Part shown: piece after piece, positions 18,564 through 26,849 of the stretch
Numbering within the stretch: the stretch's first letter is position 1
How the letters are laid out: every line of letters starts with the position of its first letter
DNA from: an uncultured archaeon
GTDB taxonomy: Archaea; Thermoproteota; Nitrososphaeria; Nitrososphaerales; Gagatemarchaeaceae
Direction: 5' to 3'
NCBI GenBank assembly: GCA_963799775.1
Contig: CAWCYD010000003.1
Location: forward strand, 1,216,001 to 1,280,000
Length of the DNA: 64,000 nucleotides
The notes under the pieces: model-generated
Seen by the model: only the letters and a program-made list of their open reading frames with translations
What the model was told of the DNA's origin: nothing
Databases searched by the model: none
Made by a program: the position numbers and the translations under genes

Positions 18564-20792
18564 GATGGTCTAGCGCCGAATGTCATGTTCTTTCGTGTGA
18601 GGAAGGAAATGATGAGAAGGGAGGCGAGAAGCAGAGGAACGAGCATTACTGTCGGGAACTCCGGAACGGTTGACGATGTCGTAGTCTGGGGATCGCCGAT
18701 GACCAAAGGCGAACCCGTTAGACTGGCGACCGGGATATCTCCGCAGACCATGCCAAGGGAGCTGTTCGTGCTGGCTGAATCCGATATTGCCGCAGCAGCG
18801 CTCCAAGCACCGGCCGAGTAATATTCGATCAAGGTTTTCGAACCTACATACGCGCTCGACACGCATGTGTGCGCCGTCCCCCCTGTAATCCCGGAGATGC
18901 TGAGGTCGTAGAACTTCAAGGCCGCACCGCTTGCGGGGCCCAGAGAAACTGTGCCCGTGTTAGAAGGTTGAGCAGCCAGCTGCTGTGTGTTTATGGTTGC
19001 TGTGGCGCCGCTCGTTCCGGAGACCCCGACGCTGATTCCCGTGGTCGGGAATGACTGGGTCGGGACCGAACCTGAGGAAACGGCCGCGGAACCTGCTTGG
19101 GTCGACTGGCATGTGTCGACGACCGGGTTGGGCGACACCGGAGTCGTTGAATCGTTTCTGAAAGTCCCGTTACAGGCGTTGTTTATGGTGCCGGAGTTCG
19201 AGATTGTCGCTAGGTCGAAGTTGGTGAAGGAACCGGAGTTGGCCACAGTACCCCCCATCATGTTGGTTAGAGTGGCACCGACGAGCGCGCCACTGGCGAG
19301 CGCGCCGTTTATGAAGGTGGCACCGTAAACGTTCGTGATCACTCCGGAGGCGTTGTTGTTCAGAGTGCTCCAGACTCGGACGAAGCCGCCCGCGTTGTTC
19401 GTTATGGTCCCGCTGTTGGATGTATGATATGCAAATGTCACACTGCCCAGGTTGGATATAGTCCCAAAGTTGGCAACGACAGAGTCGAAAGATATTGTTC
19501 CTGTGTTGGAGATCATGCCCTTGTTGACGATGTTGCCGCCCGCATCATTGGTATCGTAGGTGAAGGTGCCGGAATTGGCGATTGTGCCCGTGTTGGTGTT
19601 GGTGAAGCTCTGCTCGTTCGTCATCGTGGCGCCCTGGTTGTTGTTGATCGTGCCCGAGTTGGTCGCGATGCCTGTCCCCGGTGATCCGTAGAAGCCAAGG
19701 CTGCCTCCCTTGTTGTTGGTGATGGTTCCCGCATTGTTGAAATTGTAGAAGCTGTTGAAAGTGCCGCTGTTGGTGATTGTTCCCCCTGCGTTGTTGGTGA
19801 CTGTGGACGGCCCAAAAGCGGTAATGATGCTGCCGGAGTTTGTTATCTGCCCTCCTGGGTCGCCCGTGCTGTCTGGACCAGCCTGCGTCGTAATGAAACC
19901 GTCGCACTCGATATTGGCGCCGGCGTCCACGTCGACCTTCCCGCTGTCGCTGACGTACAAGGTGACGCCGGTCGGGAGGTACAGCTCAGCGCTCGGCGAT
20001 ATCTCGAGCACGGTTGCGATTCCGGCGTAGCCTACCGTGAGAGTGCTCCCTGACATCATGTTAAAGGTCCCCAGTGCTGGTAAAGGTGCCAGAAAAGTAG
20101 GGCGTGCCCAATGGCGCGGTCGAGCCCGTCACCTTTACCGTCTGGCCTGAGTACAGCTCCATCCAGCCGCCGTTGTTGATCGTGCCGGGGTTGAGGAGAA
20201 CCCCCGTTCCGAGTCCGTAGTTATCGTCCTGCAGGGCACCGCCCAGGAGGTTGTCAATCGTCCCCTGGTTGGAGAAGGTTCCCCCGCCCGCGTAGATCAG
20301 ACCGCCGGCGCTGTTCGTGAGCGTCCCCGTGTTCGTGAACGTGCAGTCGCTCGATATCGTCCCTGCGTTCGTTATGGTGCCTGAGCTTGTTACCGTGCCA
20401 CAGACGGTGCTGGCGATAGCGCTCTGGATCTGCCCCGTGGAAGTGATCTTCATGACTCCGGAGTTGGTAATCGTGCCCGCGGAGTCCGACATGATGGCAG
20501 ATATCGTGAATGTCGCACCTGGGCCCACGGTAAGAGTCGCCCCGGGGAATATCGACAAGGAGGTTCCCGCCGGGAGCTGCCCGCTCGCTGCAACATAGCA
20601 GTCGACTGTAGCGTTGGACCACGATCCTCCCAGGCTCGCGCAATCGGCGGTGCTTTGGTGCAGGGAGCCAGGATTGTTGCCGTTGAGATTGTATGAGACT
20701 TGGGCACCCGCGTCAGGAGGCAGAAACGCAAGGATTGACACAAACGCCAGAATCACTGCAAGAACCAGTGGGGCTTTGTGAGAAACCCTCAA
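18497..20792 (-). CDS. Secreted beta-solenoid (GTITN-repeat) surface protein with PEF-CTERM anchor; +1 frameshift near 20070
   Basis: Signal peptide, NxGTIxN repeats, VPEFP-TM-RK tail; deleting one G of GGGG joins the two ORFs (TGTFNMMSG). Confidence 0.8.
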
Positions 20793-20833
20793 CCGCTCGT
20801 AATTTCAAGATTCAGTCTATTAACCATGATGTC

Positions 20834-20883
20834 TGGCGGGCCCAGGCAGAGCCCACCCCTGAACAGGTTCTCAAAGCGAATTC
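20834..20883 (-). repeat. tRNA-Arg 3'-end repeat R10 (type B arm)
   Basis: TGGCGGGCCCAGGCAGAGCCCACCCCTGAACAGGTTCTCAAAGCGAA. Confidence 0.85.
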
Positions 20884-20904
20884 CTAAGGATTGCAAGGAC
20901 TGGT

Positions 20905-21409
20905 TTAGTAGAACCCGGAGGCGACCATGAAGACCGATGTGACGATGAGAAGGAGTACCGTCAGGGTGGCCAGGTCAGAGGCTCGTTTTGAGCGTCTTTG
21001 GAAAGTCCGGAGGTGGCTGATGTTGACCGGCGGCCTGCATTTCCTTTATCATTTTTATGGCTCTCAGTTGGATTGGGACGGCAACGAATTCCGATATCAA
21101 GAAAGCAATGAAACCGATGGCGAGCCCGATTGTGAGATACATGCCGAAAGAGGTCGAGAAGGAGAGAACCTTGAAGTCCCCCCCGGAGTAGTTATAGAGG
21201 AAAAGCACTCCGAACAGTATGGTTGTGCCTGCCGTGATTTGGAAGAACCGGACTACTCTGGGGACGACCTTCACGAGGAACTCTCCCGAGCTTGCGGGTG
21301 AAAGCTTCGCGAGAGCCGGTCCTACCACAAAGGCGAACATGATCCCGCCCCCCAGCCATCCAATTGCTGAAATGACGTGGAGCCAGGCGAGAATCGCGGT
21401 GAGAAGCAA
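20905..21409 (-). CDS. Four-TM membrane protein (CopD/DUF4149-like), frameshift near 20990
   Basis: WLHVISAIGWLGG...FVVGPAL; fourth TM continues in another frame. Confidence 0.65.
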
Positions 21410-21495
21410 GTGGGAACAAAATCTTGTCCGACTATATGAATATGATTTCTTGGGCTTCTTCGCCGCGTTCTGAAAATTACCGCTGAGGAGAAATT

Positions 21496-21606
21496 TGGGG
21501 GCCCGGCAGTTTCCGCACCAAAAATGGTGCTAGATTTGGTTCCGTTTCGCGGGTTCATGTCTCGATGGATTCGAACTTCCGAGGAGTCGGTTCGGCTCAC
21601 TCATTC
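21496..21606 (-). repeat. tRNA-Arg 3'-end repeat R11 (type A arm)
   Basis: Near-identical to 13954-14065; contains the stop codon of the upstream NTase gene. Confidence 0.9.
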
Positions 21607-22323
21607 TCCCTTTCCAGCCAGCATTCCCTTTACTGTCTTCAAATGTTCAAGGGTCAGCTTGATTTGCGAAATTATGTCGATTCGCAGGCGGAATTCTGCC
21701 TTAAGCGAGGATGGGAACTCCTTGCTTCCAAGCCTGTTGATGCCGGAATCCAGTTGCTTTGCCAGCTTGGCCCTAGTCCCAGTGTTAGTAAAATCAGCCA
21801 CCGCATTCCAGTCTGCCTGTTCTCCCAGCATTACGATGTCTCTCATGTCCGTATTTCTTGCCGGGTGCAACTTCATCGCAATTAGCAATTCCTTCTTCGG
21901 AACCATGGCCATAGTAGAATCGGTTACCCCGACGACATTGGCCTCAGTGGAACTCCGCATCAGGAGTTCGTAACTCCATTCCCCTCCAGTATCCCTGCAC
22001 ACAACACTATTGATTGACAGATCGACGGAAACCCTTCGTCCTCCGATCAGTTTTACGTACTTGACAGTTTTCGCACCGTAGGTTCCCTTGCCCACGTTCG
22101 ACGCTCTTGCCTTCCTGTATCCTTCACCAGTCAATACTTTTCCAAATGATTCGAGATTCTTTTCAGAAATGACAATATCGCAGTCGACCGACAACCGATG
22201 AGACGCCAGAGCGCTGACCGCATAACCGCCAATCACCACGAACTTGCCCGAATGCGAATGGAGAACCCTAACTATTCGAATAACTTCAGTTTCCCTCGCA
22301 GTCAGATCGGCGGCTTGCGACAT
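21601..22323 (-). CDS. Nucleotidyltransferase toxin, AbiEii-like (type IV TA)
   Basis: FVVIGGYAV...HRLSVDCD, LIAMKL...DMRDI. Confidence 0.75.
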   Translation of the reverse strand: MSQAADLTARETEVIRIVRVLHSHSGKFVVIGGYAVSALASHRLSVDCDIVISEKNLESFGKVLTGEGYRKARASNVGKGTYGAKTVKYVKLIGGRRVSVDLSINSVVCRDTGGEWSYELLMRSSTEANVVGVTDSTMAMVPKKELLIAMKLHPARNTDMRDIVMLGEQADWNAVADFTNTGTRAKLAKQLDSGINRLGSKEFPSSLKAEFRLRIDIISQIKLTLEHLKTVKGMLAGKGE

Positions 22324-22327
22324 TCGA

Positions 22328-22939
22328 TCACTCGTCGTATTTTATTCCAAGACCGAGCTTGTATTCTTCGTCGAGCATCTCAAGAGCCGGCTCGTACGCG
22401 TAGATATTTTTCTTGGCGAATTCAATGGTCTCTTTGAGCGGCTCAACCCTCAACCCTTCGACCGTTTCTGATTCGATTCTCTTTGCTGGATGCATCAGAT
22501 AGAAGACCCCGAAGACAGTCTCTTTTGGAATCATATCGACAAGGAATGATTTCTTGCCATTGTTTCTGAAGAATCGTTTCCACTTTTCCACGTCTTTTTC
22601 GATGACCTTCAAATGGATTGGATAGAAACCGAAGAACCTATCCACATTATACCCTCCCCTAGTCCAAGCGAATACTGCATCCACGTCTGACAGTGCGTAT
22701 GGGTATTCTGCCTTCTTCAGAAGCTCGTATGCACCGCCTACGTCATTTCTCATCGTCACGTAATCATCTACCGACTTGACCCTGTACTTTCCGTATTCCA
22801 GATGCTCGAGCATCCCCTTCTTCGCCATGTCGTGCAATACCTTTCGGGGATTAGGGCTGGAGAACGTTGCGGCAAACTCTCCGCTGGTGAACTCCCTCCT
22901 CCACTTGCCGAGGATTGCCCAAAGTTCATAGTACGACAT
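22328..22939 (-). CDS. AbiEi-like antitoxin with N-terminal wHTH
   Basis: RKVLHDMAKKGMLEHLEYGKY; lies 4 bp upstream of the NTase gene. Confidence 0.65.
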   Translation of the reverse strand: MSYYELWAILGKWRREFTSGEFAATFSSPNPRKVLHDMAKKGMLEHLEYGKYRVKSVDDYVTMRNDVGGAYELLKKAEYPYALSDVDAVFAWTRGGYNVDRFFGFYPIHLKVIEKDVEKWKRFFRNNGKKSFLVDMIPKETVFGVFYLMHPAKRIESETVEGLRVEPLKETIEFAKKNIYAYEPALEMLDEEYKLGLGIKYDE

Positions 22940-23104
22940 AATGTTACTATGGTGGTTACATCTTATAAAGATGGTGTATCAGGCATATCAAGCGACTTAC
23001 TCTGTCGGCTTCGCTCATTCCCCCTTTCCCATATCTGATTCCAAAGCGAGATAGCCAGTGTCAAGCTCATATCCTTAGAGAAGTAACGACAAAGCAGGGA
23101 TCGA

Positions 23105-23578
23105 ATGGTAGGCAACGGAGGAAGTAGGCGAAGATTCCTAAAGTACGCGGCGGTATCAGCCATGGGACTTGCAGCGGTAGGTACCGGGCTTTACTACTCA
23201 GGCAGATTCTTGCCGCCACCGGCCGAAGCATCTTCAACTAGTGAACAGACTTCAAGTAACTCAACTTCAGCATCTTCCGCTACCAGCTTCGACCCGATTG
23301 AGTACATCCAAAATGACATTCTCGACAATCTTCCAGAATACAATTCTCTCCCATTAGCAAGCCAAGCCGCGGCAATACAAACAAACAATGTGGTAGTCAA
23401 CACTATGGGTAAGGGTGATTTGGGGGCTTACGATAGGAACAAGCAACGTGTCTATACGATTTTATCGAATCAATATGATTATTGGAAAGATGGGAAATCA
23501 CCAGAGGTACAATTCATCGATCTGCAAAGGCCAGACGGCACTTTCATAAACTTGTATGGAAATTCCCCAAAAGTTTGA
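23105..23578 (+). CDS. Tat-exported protein, probably truncated
   Basis: SRRRFLKY twin-arginine signal, Ser/Thr linker; AT-rich. Confidence 0.55.
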   Translation: MVGNGGSRRRFLKYAAVSAMGLAAVGTGLYYSGRFLPPPAEASSTSEQTSSNSTSASSATSFDPIEYIQNDILDNLPEYNSLPLASQAAAIQTNNVVVNTMGKGDLGAYDRNKQRVYTILSNQYDYWKDGKSPEVQFIDLQRPDGTFINLYGNSPKV

Positions 23579-23723
23579 TTTTGCTATAAAGCTGACAATG
23601 GCGCAAAAATTCCGCCACCCACAGCAATATCAGAGATCCTCCAACTTCGGACTGAAGGAATCTTGAAATAGTTTAATTCGTCTTAATTCTGACTAAATAG
23701 GTGAATAACGGGGGTAGTTTTAG

Positions 23724-23798
23724 CGGGCCCGGCAGGATTTGAACCCGCGACACCGGGGTCCGAAGCCCCGTGCCCTATCCGTGCTAGACTACGGGCCC
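23724..23798 (-). tRNA. tRNA-Arg(TCG), no intron, CCA not encoded (followed by CTA)
   Basis: GGGCCCG acceptor, anticodon arm CGGGG-CTTCGGA-CCCCG, T-arm GCGGG-TTCAAAT-CCTGC. Confidence 0.95.
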
Positions 23799-23823
23799 GA
23801 ACTAAGGCTGGCTCGTGCAGTTA

Positions 23824-24864
23824 TTAACGAATTATGGCCGCGATATTGTCTTGGATGGGGCTCTTGATTACGCCCCTGTCAGAGATGATCGCTGAGACAA
23901 GTTCGGGAGGGGTCGCGTCGAACGCCGGGTTGGCAACCGGAACTCCCTTGGGGGCGATCCGCCTGCCGCGTATGCTGACGATTTCGTCGGCTGGGCGCTC
24001 CTCGATTGTTATCTGGTCGTGGGTCCTTTTGAGGTCGAAGCTGGATGTCGGTGCTGCTGGATAGAAGGGGATGCCATGCCGCTTTGCGAGGACAGCGACC
24101 TGATACTGCCCTATCTTGTTGAAGACGAACCCGTCCTTTGTCACCCTGTCGGCCCCCACGACCGCCTTGTCGACGCGGCCGGACTGCATCATAGATCCGA
24201 CTGCCGTGTCTGCGATGATCGTGCAGCTGAAACCGTCCCTGGAGAGCTCGTAGGCCGTGAGCCTCGACCCCTGGAGCGTGGGCCTTGTCTCGGGGACGAT
24301 CACCCGCACGCACTTGCCCTGCTCGCTCGCAGCTCTGATGACCCCAAGGGCCGTCCCGTATCCGACCGTCGCGAGCGCTCCCGCGTTGCACTGGGTGATG
24401 ACCGTGTCGCCGTCCTCTATGAGGTCGGCCCCGAACCTCCCGAGCCTCTTGCAGGCCTCGACATCCTCCTCAGCCATCTTCATCGCCTCCTTCACGAGAG
24501 CCTCCTTCGCGCTCTCAAGGTCCTTGGCCCCAAGCGCTACGTCCATCACCCTGTCGATCCCCCAGAAGAGGTTGACAGCCGTAGGCCTGGTGGAGCGCAG
24601 CCCGGTGGCGGCCTTCTGAAGTTCCAGCTTCAAGTTGTCGAGGTTCCTGGCCTTCGAGTTGTAAGCCGTGGAGGCGATCGCCATCGCCGCGGCCACCCCT
24701 ATCGCTGGAGCACCCCTCACGACTAGTCTCCGGATGGCGTCGGCCACCTCCTCCCAGGTCGCGTAGGAGCGATAGACCAGGCGGCCCGGCAGGAGGGTCT
24801 GGTCGATCATCTTCACCCGTCCGTGGTCCCACGAGACTGTGCGAAGAGTGAAGAAGTTCTCCAA
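23824..24864 (-). CDS. mtnA: Methylthioribose-1-phosphate isomerase (eIF-2B family)
   Basis: DQTLLP, VRGAPAIG, RPTAVNL, CNAGALAT, ETRP, NKIG, NPAFD. Confidence 0.9.
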   Translation of the reverse strand: MENFFTLRTVSWDHGRVKMIDQTLLPGRLVYRSYATWEEVADAIRRLVVRGAPAIGVAAAMAIASTAYNSKARNLDNLKLELQKAATGLRSTRPTAVNLFWGIDRVMDVALGAKDLESAKEALVKEAMKMAEEDVEACKRLGRFGADLIEDGDTVITQCNAGALATVGYGTALGVIRAASEQGKCVRVIVPETRPTLQGSRLTAYELSRDGFSCTIIADTAVGSMMQSGRVDKAVVGADRVTKDGFVFNKIGQYQVAVLAKRHGIPFYPAAPTSSFDLKRTHDQITIEERPADEIVSIRGRRIAPKGVPVANPAFDATPPELVSAIISDRGVIKSPIQDNIAAIIR

Positions 24865-24963
24865 GTGAGGCCGCGACGGCCCGACGAGTTCTAAAGCCTT
24901 TGTGCGGTCGGGCCGCCAACGCCCGTCGCTGGCTTAAGTAATTCAGGGGCGGGCGAGACGCAG

Positions 24964-25362
24964 TTGACGACGAACCAGTCGCTGAGCGTCAACATGAAGG
25001 CATCGATTGCTCTGCTTGAGCTGTTCGTCGTGGCTATTGCCCTTGCTTTCATCGTCACGGTCTCGACTGGCACGTCGCAGATGCAGACTCTGGCGGTCGG
25101 CTTGGTCGCGCCGATGATAATCCTCAGCTTGGTGCTCGTCAGGTATTGCAGGAGAAGAAGGACTTGGAGCTACGCAGGGGCCTCGATCTTAGGTCTCCTA
25201 GGCGTCGCCCTCAGGGTCGCCGTGAGCACCCAACCCAACCTCGAGGTCGGCGGTGGGTTGCCTCTCGGGGTGAATGTCTTCTACATCGTGCTCGGGTCGC
25301 TGGTGGCGCTGCTGAACTTCAGGTCCGTCTTGGAACTTAGACGGACCGCCTCTAGCGCTTGA
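24964..25362 (+). CDS. Membrane hypothetical protein
   Basis: Four hydrophobic segments. Confidence 0.55.
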   Translation: MTTNQSLSVNMKASIALLELFVVAIALAFIVTVSTGTSQMQTLAVGLVAPMIILSLVLVRYCRRRRTWSYAGASILGLLGVALRVAVSTQPNLEVGGGLPLGVNVFYIVLGSLVALLNFRSVLELRRTASSA

Positions 25363-25372
25363 AACCCTTATT

Positions 25373-25978
25373 ATGACTTGGCGGGTTCGCGGGCTTCAGT
25401 TGGAGATCCAGGAACAAGAGGACGCCAAGTCGGGGCAAGCCCAACCCTCGCGCGACCCTCTCCTCGGGAAGGTCGGCAAGGACGGGGCCGTGGTCGTCGA
25501 GCAGAGCGACAGGTTCGGCGAGCTCGAGGAGGCCGGCTACGGCGACCGACAGGGAAAGGCGATCAAGCTCAAGGACTTCGAGGCGCTATACCTGGTCTAC
25601 GCCAAGAAGATGGTCGTCCATGACCACAAGGGCGCAGAGGTCTCGTTCGAGGCCCTGGCAAAGGCGGACCAGGCAAAGGTGAAAGACTCGTGGACCAAGT
25701 TCATCATCTACAGGGACCTCAGGAGCAGGGGATACGTGGTGAAGGACGGGTTCGGCTTTGGGACCGACCTCAGGGTCTACGAGAGGGGGGACTTCCCCGC
25801 GAAGGCAGCGAAGTTCGTGATATTCGCCCTCGACGAGGGGACGGAGAAGAGCCTTGGCGACCTCAGGGACTCTGTGAAGCAGATCGTCAAGATGGGGAAG
25901 GAGGCAATAGTCGCAGTCATCGAGCGCAGGGGCGAGGTCATCTACTACAGGGTGACGAAGGCGAGCTTCCGCAAGTAG
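25373..25978 (+). CDS. endA: tRNA splicing endonuclease subunit (probably structural)
   Basis: EALYL, YRDLRSRGYVVKDGFGFGTDLRVYERG; catalytic Tyr/His not evident. Confidence 0.8.
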   Translation: MTWRVRGLQLEIQEQEDAKSGQAQPSRDPLLGKVGKDGAVVVEQSDRFGELEEAGYGDRQGKAIKLKDFEALYLVYAKKMVVHDHKGAEVSFEALAKADQAKVKDSWTKFIIYRDLRSRGYVVKDGFGFGTDLRVYERGDFPAKAAKFVIFALDEGTEKSLGDLRDSVKQIVKMGKEAIVAVIERRGEVIYYRVTKASFRK

Positions 25979-26003
25979 GGAGCCTCTCTAGGCGCGAGCG
26001 ACC

Positions 26004-26849
26004 TTGAACCTCAGGGCTTCCGTCTCACTGCTCAGGCCCGTCAACTGCGCGATGATAGGGTTCGCTGTGATCATCGGCTACTTCGTCTCGAGGCCGTCCT
26101 CCGTCTCCCCGCTAGCGCTAATCCTCGGATTCTTGACGGGCTTCTCCATCTGCGCCTTCTCGATGGTGGTCAACGACTATTACGACATCGAGGTGGACAG
26201 GGTGAACCAGCCGGGCCGGCCGCTGCCGAGCGGCAATGTCTCGAAGAGAGAGGCCGTTGGAATCTCGCTGGTGATGCTCGCGGTGGGTTTCGTCGCCACA
26301 GCCCTGCTCTCGAACCTGGTCGCGGTCCTCATAGTGGCTCTCTACAGCCTCCTCGCCTGGGTCTATGACTATCGGGTCAAGAAGTACGGGGTCTCGGGCA
26401 ACCTGATAGTCGCGTCCTCGCTGGCGATCCCGTTCATCTACGGAGGCGTCATCTCTGGAGGCCAGGTCCTCGCCTCCCTCCTTCTCTTCATGGCGGCGAC
26501 GTCCTTCCTGGCGGGCGTAGGACGGGAAGTCGTGAAAGCCATGGCTGACATACCCGGAGACCAGAAGAGGGGTGTCAGGTCTTACGCGAGCGTCCACGGG
26601 ATGAAGTCTGCGGCGCTCCTGGGAGGCGCCTTCTTCCTCCTCGCGGTGGTCAGCAGCCTCCTTCCCCTCGCGCTAATCCAGGTCAACACGGTCTACAAGA
26701 TAGGCGTGGTCCTCCCTGACGTCATCTTCGTCTACTTGGCATACAGGATAACCAAGAACGCGGACGTCAAGGGAGCGCTCTCGGTCAAGAAGACGGCGCT
26801 GATGGGCATGCTCGTCGGTCTCATCGTCTTCATCGGCGGTGCATTCTAG
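26004..26849 (+). CDS. Digeranylgeranylglyceryl phosphate synthase (UbiA family)
   Basis: LLRPVN, NDYYDIEVDRVNQPGRPLPSG, REVVKAMADIPGD. Confidence 0.9.
   Translation: MNLRASVSLLRPVNCAMIGFAVIIGYFVSRPSSVSPLALILGFLTGFSICAFSMVVNDYYDIEVDRVNQPGRPLPSGNVSKREAVGISLVMLAVGFVATALLSNLVAVLIVALYSLLAWVYDYRVKKYGVSGNLIVASSLAIPFIYGGVISGGQVLASLLLFMAATSFLAGVGREVVKAMADIPGDQKRGVRSYASVHGMKSAALLGGAFFLLAVVSSLLPLALIQVNTVYKIGVVLPDVIFVYLAYRITKNADVKGALSVKKTALMGMLVGLIVFIGGAF

Larger units (their letters stand above)
10607..23750 (-). mobile_element. tRNA-Arg-anchored tandem gene-cassette array / genomic island without integrase
   Basis: About 12 direct repeats of the tRNA-Arg 3' end separating unrelated small cassettes; visibly lower GC than the core block; ends at an intact tRNA. 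Confidence 0.85.

Noticed and set aside
10607-21606. Repeat array as a CRISPR array
   Set aside because: Spacing is mostly 0.5-2.3 kb with whole genes in between, the repeats derive from a tRNA, and no cas genes are present
10607-23798. Classical integron with intI/attC, or a provirus
   Set aside because: No tyrosine or serine recombinase, capsid or replication ORF is recognisable in the window, and the junctions lack evident RYYYAAC/GTTRRRY attC ends
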